Shown here: piece by piece, positions 28,430 through 40,789 of the stretch
Layout: each line of letters opens with the position of its first letter
Numbering within the stretch: the first letter of the stretch is position 1
Source of the DNA: Octopus sinensis
Lineage: Eukaryota
NCBI RefSeq assembly: GCF_006345805.1
Contig: NC_042999.1
Coordinates: forward strand, 153,946,001 to 154,010,000
Direction: 5' to 3'
DNA length: 64,000 nucleotides
The notes under the pieces: generated by a model
Databases searched by the model: none
What the model was told of the DNA's origin: nothing
What the model saw: only the letters and a program-made list of their open reading frames with translations
Program-made: the position numbers and the translations under genes

Positions 28430-28599
28430 CATCGTAACGGTTAATCTACGATTATGTATATGTAAACACACATACATATTTCTAAAGAACATGGTATGAT
28501 TTGCGGAAGAATAGACCGTTATTTTTAGCAGACAAAGATATCTTCATAAGCTCTTCTTTTTGCTGTTTTTTTTTCTTTTTTCTACCATAGTCTTAGACA

Positions 28600-29160
28600 G
28601 TCTACCTAGGGGTATATCATGAAATGTGTCTTCTGTATTCAAGAAAGTAGGGTACTACGATGCGAGAAAGATTCGGCTGTTATGTCTAGCAGGTGGAGCG
28701 GTCACGTTGAGAACCCCCCTCCCCCCACCGCTTTCTAAAAATAATCTTTGCCACTTTTTTTTTTTTTTACCTTGCTTTCTATGTAATGACAACATCAACG
28801 GAGTGAAGACGAAACGGAGAATCGAAACCGGGTTATAGAGCCAGCTCCCCCCAGAAATCGATTAACATTGATTTCGAACACAAACACTTGCTAAGTCATC
28901 GTGTGTGAGAGATCGATTATATCGACAGTCCCCCCCCCCTCTCCAGAATGTTACTGGTTGGTGCTGGTATTTAATCAACTGTAGGGAAAACGGAAAGCGG
29001 AGGCAATCGACGGCGGCCGGATTTGAACTCACGACGCGAAGAACTGTAATTAAATAAACGTCAGCCAATTTCAACTGCTGCTGCCGCTGCCGACGCTTTA
29101 TCGATTCCGTCGTCCATAAGCCTCATGATATCGATTTCCAATAATCTTGTTTGGAACTTG
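28600..29160. promoter_or_regulatory. Second CpG-dense block with a CCAAT box, followed by a long (GA)n tract
   Basis: 17 CpG counted in 28981-29160; cagccaat at about 29062; (GA)-rich tract at 29160-29450. Confidence 0.4.
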
Positions 29161-29379
29161 TTTATGGAGAGAAAGAGAGGCGGGGGGGGGGAGAGAGAGA
29201 GAGATAAAGCGTGTATGTGTGTAAAGGTTAAAAGATGGCATTTGAAATCTATGTAAGTTCTGACACAGTGTGCATGTGTGTGTGTGAGAGAGAGGAGGGG
29301 AAGAAAGAAAGAAAGAAAGAGACAGAAAGGCAGAGAGAGAGAGAGAGAGAGACAGAAAGGCAGAGAGAGAGAGAGAGAC

Positions 29380-29416
<37 letters not shown>

Positions 29417-29450
29417 CGGAAAGACAGAGAGAGATGGAAAGGTGTGTGAT
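29160..29450. repeat. (GA)n / (GACA) compound microsatellite
   Basis: Direct reading. Confidence 0.9.
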
Positions 29451-29799
29451 AGAAAGTGTGTATGCGTGTGAGAACAAGAGAGTGTCTGCATGAATGTGTA
29501 GGTAAGTGTTTGTGTGTGTACGAGGAGAGGAAAAAAGAAGTGTTTGTGTATGAATATGAGAACGTTTTGTGTGTAAACAAGAGGCAAGTGGTAGGTTAGA
29601 ACACCTTACAGCGGCTATGTAATAAACAGGTAAATAATGTTATATATTCCCTCAGCAGGTATATATCAACAGTAACATCGTACAAACAGGTAAAATGATG
29701 TATGCTCAAGAGCTAATGAGCTTATTGTATTATTATATCCACTGTTGTGGATATATCTGTATGTAAAACGCTGTTATACACTCGCTCTCACATTATTGG

Positions 29800-29851
<52 letters not shown>

Positions 29852-29855
<4 letters not shown>

Positions 29856-30172
29856 TTTACTTGTTTCAGTCATTTGACTGCGGCCATGCTGGAGCACCGC
29901 CTTTAGTCGAGCAAATCGACCCCAGGACTTATTCTTTGGAAGCCTAGTACTTATTCTATCGGTCTCCTTTTACCGAACCGCTAAGTTACGGGGACGTAAA
30001 CACACCAGCATCGGTTGTCAAGCGATGCTGGTGGGGGGGGGGACTAACACAGACACACAAACATATACACACACACATATATATATACGACGGGCTTCTT
30101 TCAGTTTCCGTCTACCAAATCCACTCACAAGGCTTTGGTCGGTCCGAGGCTATAGTAGAAGACACCTGCGCC
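29852..30172 (-). mobile_element. SINE family A, CpG-retaining copy with a truncated head
   Basis: Near-consensus body with intact CpGs. Confidence 0.9.
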
Positions 30173-31702
30173 TGTGTGTGTGTGTGTATATATATATAGT
30201 GTAACAATAAATGACGGTAATACTTATATACTATGCAGTACGTATATAAAAAGCAGTACCGTGTTTACAATGATGGAATGTCTACATGGTTGCAGGGGCT
30301 GCTAGAAATGATAGCTAAATCTCCCTGAAACCAAAGGCAGTCTTCTTAAGCAGGGTACTAAACCGAGTGTGTTTAGAAATGGAATACTTTGCGTTACAAG
30401 TTTGCTTGATTAAAGTTCAGACTGTGTGCCTATATAATGTATAACGAATACGCACACACACTGTTTATGATTAAAGGCAAAAAACAAAACATCTAATCTG
30501 TAAGGAAAGTTTGCTAAACTTGAGAAGATGTATGTATGTATGTGTGTGTATGTATTTATCTATCTATCTATCTATCTAATACCGCATACATGTACATGTT
30601 TAACGCATTAACAATTTCAGCTATGCTGTACTTATTGACAGCAACAAGGCAAGCTTGATGCATATGCGTACATGGTGTTCCCATATTTTTATATATACAT
30701 ATACACATGTAAAAATATACTTATATATTTTTTACGTAAATATACTTGAGAATGTCTCTGAAGTTCAGCCATGACGAGTATCTTTCTTGACGAACAGAGA
30801 CACTATTTATAAACATATGCGTCAATAACGATTTGGAAAACGAAAGGAGAAAAAAAAACAACAAAATATATGCATGGTTGCGCGTACACATGTAAACCGT
30901 CATCCCAGGGGACAACAAACAAGCATTATAGCATTAAGCATCTCAAGAAGTATCTAAAATTTGGGCCCTTAATGAGTTACTTCCCATTAGGAAATCTGTC
31001 CCCCCCCCAGAAAATTTGGACAAACAATTAACAACGAAGGGGAGAAAATAATGATCTCGATAAACCCCTTTTGAGGATAGACGGCCGTGTTGCTTCAATC
31101 AATTTTCCTTAAGAGAAACTTTGCAACAATTTAGTAAAATTGTCTGTCTGTCTATCTATCAATCTATGTATATATGTATCTATCTTACTTGTGCGGCTAT
31201 AATATCGTTGTTGACCAACTAGGATCTCTATCATTCGTATTGTATTATAGATATGTCAGTAGGTACAATTTAAAAGTAACGTGGGTCCTGAACTGGATAA
31301 TAACGTCCGCTTGGGAGCATTGTGACTTCACAGGGATTAATTCTTTTACAAGGAAATGATTTTTCTTAGAATGTCTTTAATAATTCCCATTAAAGCATAG
31401 CGTAACAGACACTAGTTAACATGAATATTTAAAAATAGGCACATGCTGGTAAGGACAATATAAGAAAATATGGATAAGAAGCCACTGCATAAAATTAGCT
31501 GCTGTTTGATTAAAACAACTTTGTACACAACATTGTAACGGTGATGTAGGTGGGGCATTTGTACAACACCAGTTAGAGGGAGAAGTACTGAGAAAAAAAA
31601 AAAAAAAAGGGTTGGGGTAGATTACTCAGCTTCAGTACGAAGTCTCAAATGAGTTGATATTAACCCTTTTGTTACGGTTTTTCAGCTGAAAGACAGTGAC
31701 AT

Positions 31703-32119
31703 AAGGCGGCGAGCTGGCAGAAACGTTAGCACACCGGGTGAAATGCCTAGCGGTATTTCGTCTGCCGTTACGTTCTGAGTTCAAATTCTGCCGAGGTCGA
31801 CTTTGCCTTTCATCCTTTCGGGGTCGATAAATTAAGTACCAGTTACGCACTGGGGTCGATATAATCGACTTAATCTGTTTGACTGTCCTTGTTTGTCCTC
31901 TCTGTGTTTAGCCCCTTGTGGGTAATAAAGAAATAGGTATTTCGTCTGCCGTTACGTTCTGAGTTCAAATTCTGCCAAGGTCGACTTTGCCGTTCATCTT
32001 TTCGGGGTCGATTAAATAAGTACCAGTTACGCACTGGTTCGATATAATCGACTTAATCTGTTTGTCTGTCCTTGCTTGTCCTCTCTGTGTTTAGCCCCTT
32101 GTGGGTAGTAAAGAAATAG
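31703..32119 (+). mobile_element. SINE family B (head aggcggcgagctggcagaaacg…gagttcaaat), one full copy plus a tandem 5'-truncated copy
   Basis: A/B-box-like head and central ctttgcctttcatcctttcggggtcgataaattaagtaccag; second unit starts at about 31937. About 30 family-B copies or fragments in the window. Confidence 0.9.
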
Positions 32120-32279
32120 AAATACAGTGCCATAGTAAAATCATTTTGTCGTGATTCATCTAGAACAATGGTTCTCAACCAGTGTCCATATAAGATTTTA
32201 AAAATTTAACTGCAATAAATTGGTTATGCCCCTACAATACACAGAACAATTTAACAATTTTCTTATAAAAAACCTAGAA

Positions 32280-32487
32280 ATATCATCATCATCATCGTTT
32301 AACGTCCGTTCTCCATGCTAGCATGGGTTGGACGGTTCAACCGGACATCTGGCAAAGTTTCTACAGCTGGATGCCCTTCCTAACGCCAACCAATCCGAGA
32401 GTGTAGTGGTTGGCGTTAGGAAGGGCATCCAGCTGTAGAAACTTTGCCAGATAAGACCGGAGCCTGGTGCAGCCTTCTGGCTTCCCA
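32280..32487. repeat. Family-C foldback containing a perfect 46-bp inverted repeat
   Basis: 32347-32392 is the exact reverse complement of 32407-32452; 14-nt loop. Confidence 0.95.
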
Positions 32488-32709
32488 GATATATAATAAA
32501 ATATAAAATCAAAAATGTGTAACAGATTTTTTTTTTAGAACATGTGAAATGTAACCCCAGAACAATTACCAATATTGGTGTTGTGAGGATCCATCCAAGT
32601 TAGATAGGAATCAAAAGGTAACACATGATTGAAACACAGGATTCTCATTCACAAAACTTCAAAGCATGAAGTTTGTGTCATAGAACCAGGGGCAGTGTCA
32701 AGTTGTTAA

Positions 32710-33102
32710 TCTCTATATATATAAAGCTGAAGTTGTCTGTGTATGGCAGGTTTGGTAGCCTTCAACTAACACTATCTCCTCCGAGACCTTGCGGCGCAAG
32801 TTGACCAAAATTGAGAGTATGATAGAAGAAGGCTTGCTCTTCCTTCCATAGAAGAAACAATTCAAATCAGACCATGTTAACACCCAAAATTATTTACATC
32901 AAAAAGGTGCTTTTTTTTCTACGAAAATCCCCATTTTTAACGATTTTTTGACTACTGTGTCACCATTTCTCGGTGTATTTCAACCAGAAAAATGTTCACT
33001 TAAAGAGAATAACAAGCTACATAATGCAAAATTTTTACTTTTCAAAAATTCCAATTCTAAAGGGTCGAAACAAACCTGAGCAACGCCAGGCGATACTGCT
33101 AG
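32710..33102 (+). mobile_element. Non-autonomous Helitron (393 bp)
   Basis: 5' TC(TCTATATATATAAAGCTG...), 3' CTAG, inserted between A (32709) and T (33103) with no TSD. Subterminal hairpin CCTGAGCAACGCCAGG ends 8 nt before the CTAG. Confidence 0.85.
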
Positions 33103-33811
33103 TGTTTCATAAAACAGATGACTGACTGAATGTCAGTCTTCTGTTCAGCTATCTTATCACCATGTTTTGCAACCTCATTTTACATTATTCCAGTTCACAC
33201 AGTTAACCCTGCAGCATAACTTCATCATTACTATTCTGGTGAGAAACAGCCGTAAGAGTACATCTCACTCCATTTCTTCAATAACCACACGCCACCTTGC
33301 TCTCAAGAATCAGCAGGAAATTGCTTTCTGAATTCTTCATTAGTCGTTTTTGATACCAGCCCAACTGATACCACTCAAAGTTTTATGATACCAATTTCAT
33401 TTCAACACCAGTGGTTAGTCACAAACTTTACAGAACTGCCATATATGCACCATTGGTAGCATATTTTTGCAATTTGGGAAATTATTCTATTCTTTATCTT
33501 TCATATGGTTTCAAGGATATTTAAATAACATGAGTGCCAAATATGATATTTTACATTAATGAAGTTTGTGTCATAAAACCAGAGGCAGTCTTGAGTCAGC
33601 TGGAATCTAAAGTTTAATTATGAAATATTGTAAAAGTACAAAAAAAAAAATTACACTTCCTTGTAATTAAAGCATATGCTGTGTGACCAGAAATACATAT
33701 TATCACTATTAAGGTCTAGTAACAGACCATGGCAGTTAATGTGTTACAGTAATCTAAATCAAAAATTTCATGTTAATTTGTTCTAAATATTAGCTTCATG
33801 ATGATATTAGC

Positions 33812-34165
33812 TTTGGTGTTGGAGAAGACTTTTATGGATTCCATGGACAGCGAGGCTCACCAATGGAGAAGTTCTTAACTAGATCAAGCCGAAACTTGCT
33901 GGAAGCTAGAATCACCAAGCATAGATTGGCATATTTTGGTCATATTATGCGGAGAAAATCCCTGGATAAGGACATCATGCTTGGAATGGTCAGTGGCAAG
34001 AGAGGAAGAGGTCGACCAAGAACCCGCTGGCTTGACACCATCAAGAGTGACACAGGAATGGCTGTAGCCAATCTGAAAGAAGCAACACAGGATAGAACTG
34101 GCTGGAGAACACTGATCCATTGAGTAACCGAGAGTCGACTTCAACAGAGCAGAGAGAAGAGAGAA
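33812..34165 (+). mobile_element. 3' fragment of an RTE/BovB-like LINE, inserted in a piggyBac-like MITE
   Basis: WCWRRLLWIPWTAR...LLEARITKHRLAYFGHIMRRKSLDKDIMLGMVSGKRGRGRPRTRWLDTIK...WRTLIH is the characteristic RTE C-terminus. Short GA-rich tail. Imperfect TSD atgatattagct / atgatagttgct. Confidence 0.88.
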
Positions 34166-35504
34166 TGATAGTTGCTGTAAATTCTACATTATTTTTGAAA
34201 ATTAATTGAAACAAGACAGTATTTCAACAGGAATATGGTACAAGATGGTTAATGATTTTGTTTCTAGCTGAGACCGTTCGACATTTTTCAACTGAGCCAA
34301 ACATGGACCCTAATTGAAACTGAGTCTGTCTTACTAAAGGTTTCAAAAAACATGCCTAGGTCATTCTCAGGGGTCCTGGCTACACATATGTTGTTCAACA
34401 GATTGGGAGATTGCAACCTCTTGTGGAAACAAATTGGGAGTTGGTGATAAGAAGGGCACCCAGCCATAGAAAACCACCCCATACAAGAATGGAAAAGTGA
34501 CCATTAATCAAATGATTATGATGATAATGATGGTCTCAGGCATGTTTGTACCAAAAGGGTTAAAGGATAGAAAGAAGTTTGAGGAAACTCTTTAGTAAGA
34601 GTCTTCTAGTATAGCCCCAGGCACACCAAAATCTTGTGAGTGGATTTGGTAGACAGAAATTGAAAGAAGTTTATCATGTATGTGTATATCAGTGTCATCA
34701 CTATCCCACCACTTGATATCTAGTGTAGGTTTGTTTAGCTGAGCGGTTCACTAAAAGAAAGCAACAAAATAAGTACTAGACTTACAAAATAACCCAAGTA
34801 ACAGGGTCAATTTGTTAGACTAAAATCCTTCAGGGCACAACCCCAGGATGGCTACAGTCCAATGACTGAAACAAGTTAAAGATAGAAGATATCTACAAAG
34901 AAATGGAATACTAACAGTGAAATATACTTTACGGTGCATGGAACAAAAAAATAAGTAACATATCAGACATTTATTTGCCCTCGTTGTAGGAAAATAACAG
35001 TCTTATCATTCAGCTACATTTGGATAACTTCCTACCACTGCACGGAATCACTGTTTGCCTTATTTTCTGCTGCTTTGGCATTATGAAGGAACGGCATTGC
35101 TCTGTAATGAGTAATAAGGAGAACTTATCATTGGAAATGAAATTCTATCCGTAAAATGCTTCAGCAAACTTGCTCCGATTACAAAGCCACTCCTGCTTAA
35201 TCACAAAACAGATCAATATGTTACATGTGAAGAAAACAGAAGCAACACTACTGCATTATTAATTTTTCTCTTGAACAACGCCAGACAGATTCTGGAAAGG
35301 AATATATGATAATTTTTACTTGCTTCAAGTCAATTGACTGTGGCAACACTGGGGCACTGCCTTGAAGAAATCTCAGTCAAACAAAATGACCTTAGAGAAA
35401 AAAAAAAAAAAAAAACTTTATTCTAGCGTTCTCTTTCATTGAACCATTAAGTTACAGGGGACATAAACAAACCAACACAAGTTGTCAAGTAGAGGTGGAG
35501 GTTA

Positions 35505-35742
35505 AAAAGGCTGCAAGCTGGCAGAAACGTTAGCACGCTTGGTGAGATGCTTAGCAGTATTTCGTCTGTCTTTATGTTCTGAGTTCAAATTCCACCGAGG
35601 TCGACTTTGCCTTTCATCCTTTCGGGGTCGATAAATTAAGTACCAGTTATGCACTGGGGTCGATATAATCGACTTAATCCATTTGTCTGTCCTTGTTTGT
35701 CCTCTCTGTGTTTAGCTCCTTGTGGGTAGCAAAGAAATAGGT
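35505..35742 (+). mobile_element. SINE family B inserted into a minus-strand family-A SINE
   Basis: Family-A sequence at 35320-35500 resumes at about 35741. Confidence 0.85.
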
Positions 35743-36456
35743 GGGGAACAAAAACAGAAGACACACACATAAAGAGAAAGAGATAAACAGATATACAATA
35801 GGCTTCTTTCAGTTTCCAGCCACCAAATCTAGACACACACACACACACAGAGGCTCATCTAAAAGAAATATCTATTCTAGTGCTATTGATTACTTTTATA
35901 ATAAGATGTTGATTAGGTGTTTGTAGAGAAGTTAGCCATTGTCCATGCATCGATGGTTGTGTGTCTACATCAATAAAATATTTATTACTGGATTTGATAC
36001 ATAGAAAAGTCAGACTACATACAACCTCATATGAAATTCTATACGAAAGGCTTGAACCACTTCAGTTCCAATGCTGACACCACCCACTCTCCATGTTCTC
36101 AAAGAACCACAATTTCCGTCTCCACAATGGGCGAAGAAATACACTAATTAATATTGAATAATACTAAAACGGTGAGCTGGTAGAATCATTAGCATGCCAG
36201 GCAATATGCTTAGTTGCATTTTGTCCGTATTTACAGTCTGAGTTCAAATCCCACCAAGGTTGACTTTGTCTTCCATCCTTTCAGGGTTCCATAAAATAAG
36301 TACCAGTTGAGCACTGGGGTTGAGGCAATCAATTTACACCCACTACCCCCAAAATTGCTGGCCTTGTGCCAACATTTGCAACCAATATTGAATAACGCTA
36401 TGACCATTTCCATGCTCTCAAAATATGATTAACACATAGGAAAGATTCCAAAGCTA

Positions 36457-36597
36457 TTAGGTTGTCCCAAAAGTTCGTAAACACTTGCGAAAATTGAATT
36501 TTTACTCGCCAAGTACTAACAAAAACAACAAAAATTATTCCTCAAAATAAAGACCATTATTTTCCAAGACTTTCTACGAACTTTTGGGACAACCTTA
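36457..36597. mobile_element. mariner-type MITE / deletion derivative (141 bp)
   Basis: Perfect 21-bp inverted repeat aggttgtcccaaaagttcgta (36459-79) / tacgaacttttgggacaacct (36575-95) with flanking TA. The minus-strand interior reads KVLENNGLYFEE*, like a mariner C-terminus. Confidence 0.88.
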
Positions 36598-38447
36598 TAT
36601 TTGGTAAAAAATAACTGAGAAATATGGAGTTACATTAATATCTCTCCTTATGATTCTTTAATGACACAAGGTACAATTAGGGTCAGCATCATCGTTTAAC
36701 ATCCGCTTTCTGTCAGTTACTATCTACCAAATCCACTCACAAGATTTTGGTTAGTCTGAGGATATAGTAGAAGACACTTGCCCAAGGTGCCATAGTGGGA
36801 TTGAACCTGGAGCCATGCAGTTGGGAAGCAATTTGCTTACCACCAAGCCATGCCTGCATCTATATTAGCTGATAATATTTCAGTAACTAAGCTGAATATC
36901 GTAAATGTTTGCCATGTAATTTGTAAAGGCCGCATAAAAATCCATTAGAAGCTGGAACGTCAATATATGTAGCATCAATTGTTAACAGCTTGAGCAAATC
37001 AAAGAAACGTCCATTGAAGTCGGGCATTAAGACTGTAGGAGAGATAGAGGTTGTAGCTCCAGAGAAGTTTACCCATAACAGAAAAATATCCTCTTTTAAA
37101 CAATATCACTTCAATATTCTCCACGGAAACTTCAAAGAATCAATAAGAGCCGCTCATATAAAAAGATTATACTTCGTAGGCTGTATTGAATGATCAAAAG
37201 AACAGATATTGAGAGGAAGGTTTTAAGGTCTATGAAAATAAACAGCAGATGGGAAATACTGTTAGAAAAGAAAAGAAAAAAACAATCCCAAAATCTTTCA
37301 ATAAGTTGCAGTTCTAGAACATTCAAATACAGGTTTCCACACGCAAAGGCATCACTTATGATAGCTCTAGTCTTTAATCACCACATGTCTAGTCTTTAAT
37401 CACCTCAGTTTTAGTCATTAATCACATGTGTAACTCGCTCAGAAAAGAACTAGTCATCAGTCATCACAGCTCTCTTCATCAATCATCATACCTCCAGACA
37501 TTACTCACAACAGCTCTAGTCATCACTCGCCACTCACCTAGCAGACCTCACAGGTCTAGGCATCAATCGATAATTACTCCCCCAAACTTACGCAAATTCT
37601 AAGGAATTTTAATGGGACTAATTTATTCAGTTACTATCTAACTTACATTAATCATTAGTCAATTACTCATTTATGAAGCAAATTTAATCATTATTTAAAG
37701 ATAATCCCAGGGGAAAATGTTCACACACACACACAAAATTTTGTTTTCAAAATGAAAATATTCATGCGATAGAAATTGCTTGCACATAATAAGTGCTTGA
37801 CTAGGAAAAAAAGACAAAAATATATTTGTTTGCAAAAATAATCCCTGGATATTATTTGGAAACACATGTCCAAAAAATACTGTAATATTGTGTATTGCAT
37901 TATTAGACAGCTCAGATAATCTGTCAGCTATGTGTGTGTGTGTTCACTGAACCAGAAAGAAGACAAGCCTGATATCTTCAAGAAATATCTCCATTTTACT
38001 TCCAATTTTCCATGCTGGCATGGGTGAGATGGAATTAACCGAGGAGTATTGTCTACAACTGGATGCTCCTCTTTCACCAACTCTCACTCATTTCCAACTA
38101 AGGTAATATTTCCCCATGACCAGACATGTTTTCATAGAAGGTCAGATGTGAAGGACACCGCATGCATGATGGCCACACTGGCATACAATTATTAAGCAAT
38201 GTTCAGACGAGATACTAACACATACACAAAAGGGTTCAGTTAGCCTGGAGTTACAGTAAAAAACCCTTGTCAAAAGTGCCCAGCAGTAGAGACTGAACTC
38301 AGAACCATGTAAACTTCTTAACTACACGGCCATACTGCATCATGGGCAAGTGTCCTCTACAATAGCCTCAGGTTGCCAAAAGCCTTGTGAGTAGATTTGG
38401 TAGATGGACACTGAAAGAAGACCATTCTGTGTATCTGTGTATATATA

Positions 38448-38482
<35 letters not shown>

Positions 38483-38489
38483 TACACAC

Positions 38490-38610
38490 ACACACAGTGT
38501 CATTGACACCTTTGGGTCTCAATGACACCATTATCTCTTATACATACACACACACACACAGTGTCATTGACACCTTTGGGTCTCAATGACACCATTATCT
38601 CTTATACACA
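38490..38610. repeat. 64-bp tandem duplication, each unit holding a GTGTCATTGA…TCAATGACAC hairpin
   Basis: Arms at 38497-506 / 38519-528 and 38561-570 / 38583-592. Confidence 0.9.
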
Positions 38611-40487
38611 CACACACATATATATACACACACACACATATATATATATACACACACATATATATATATAGTTGTGTGTCCATCTGTCCATGTCATGACC
38701 TTGCATGATAGACACAGAAGCAGTGTCATTCATTTCCAGTTTTCTTCTCAAGCATGTCTAGCCATGGGGGGATATATTACCTTGCTTGGAACTGATGAAA
38801 GTTGGTGACAGGAAGAGCATCCGGCTGTAGAAAATCTGCGACCCATGGAAGCATGGGAAAGTGGACACTAAAATGATGATGATGATGATGATGAATGACT
38901 CACACACACACACACACAGTGTTTCCTGCATGAACTAGACAGTTTATGAGCAGATGCGATGACAAAGTTAATTACGAAACACAAAAGTTAACCCACATAA
39001 TCTATTTAAACATTAATGATAACAATATGGTCAGTTCCCATCAGTGAAATGAATGATAAAACATTAAAGGAAGGTCAAACGGTAGCAATGAACGCTGTCA
39101 AATGTCAGCTTGTTATTTCATTAAAAACATATTAAAAGGAAAGGGTCAGATTTTTACTTGCTTTTGTTTATAATATATATATACACACACACATGGTGGG
39201 GAGGTATGGTTGTGTGGTTAAGAAGATTGCTTTGCAATCATACGGCGTCCGGTTCAGTCCCACTGCATGGCACCTTCGACGAGTGTCTTCTGCTATAACC
39301 CTGGGCCAACCAATGCTATCATCATCATCATCATTGTTTAACATCCTGGACTGGGTTGGACAGTTTGATTGAGGTCTGGAGAGCCAGTGGCTGCACCATG
39401 CTCTAATCTGATCTGGCAATGTTTCTACAGCTGGATGCCCTTCCTAAAACCAAGAACTCTGAGAGTGTATTATGTGCCACTGGTACAGGATCCAGTCAGG
39501 TGGGCCTGACATTGATCATGTTTGGATAGTGGTTCAAGGTTCAGTCCCGCTGCGTGGCACCTTGGACAAGTGTCTTCTATAGCCTCAAAGCCTTGTAAGT
39601 GGATTTGGTAGACAGAAATTGAAAGCAACCCATCATATATATGTGTGTGTGTGCGTGTGTGTATCACTGACTACTGCTTGACAACTGGTGTTGGTGTGGT
39701 TATGTCCCTGTAACTTAGCAGGTCAGCTAAAGAGATTGATAAAATAAGGATCAGCTTTAAAAGAAAGTACTGGGGTTGATCCATTAAACTAAAAAATTCA
39801 AGGTGGTGCCCCAGCATAGCCATAGTCTACTGACAGAAACAAAGCAAAAATTTTTAAAAAATACAAATTTAATCATGCGGAACTGCTTTGCATGGACCCC
39901 ATCCACTAAATTCCACTCACAAAGTGCTAACCAAACCAAGGCTACAGCAGAAGACAAAGCCAAGGGCCTAAGGTGCCACATAGAATTGAACCTCGAACCA
40001 CGTGATTGTGAAGCCAAACTCGTTAACCAGACAACTATGTCATCAAAGGAGGAAATTTCCAACAGTACCGTCATGACTCGACAACTTTAATTAGTGTGAT
40101 ACTAACTAGCTTAACGAAGATACAGCAAATAAAACAGGTTGATAATTACTACCGTCTGCATGTTTTGATGTTGGGGTGGGGGCATCGGGTAGTGAGCTGC
40201 ACGTTTTCAGTAATTAATAGGAAACGGCAATGAAATAATATATTGAATGTAGATTAAGTGCCCTAAGTTTTTACATCATCATCATAATCCTAATTAATGT
40301 CTTGATTTTGGTGTACAGGTTAGGCAGCTTTGTCCAGCCACATGTCTCGGATTAAGCTATCAAGTAGTTACAATCCGTCGAAGAAAGCAGGTGATAGCTT
40401 GTGTAACTGGAGAGAAGACTTAGACGGGTGTTCATGTCTATTATTGACTGGAGTTAAATCTATGTGTGTGAGAGTATAATAATAATG

Positions 40488-40521
<34 letters not shown>

Positions 40522-40556
40522 TTTTAAGTTTTGACACAAGGCCAGGAACATTGGAG

Positions 40557-40789
40557 AAGGCGGCGGGCCGGCAGAAACGTTAGCATGCTGAGCGAAATGC
40601 TTACCGATATTTCGTCTGCTGCTGCGTTCTGAGTTCAAATTCTACTGAGGTTGACTTTGCCTTTCATCCTTTCGGGGTCAATCAAATAAGTACCAGTTAG
40701 GCACTGGGGGCGATGTAATTAACTTAATCTGTTTGTTTGTCCTTGTTTGTCCCCTCTGTGTGTAGCCCCTTGTGGGCAGTGAAGAAATA
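40557..40789 (+). mobile_element. SINE family B nested in an older, opposite-strand family-B copy (40520-40980)
   Basis: 13-bp TSD AGGAACATTGGAG at 40544-56 and 40790-802. Confidence 0.9.

Noticed and set aside
32168-32640. Possible hAT MITE starting caatggttctcaacc around the foldback
   Set aside because: No convincing right TIR or TSD found.
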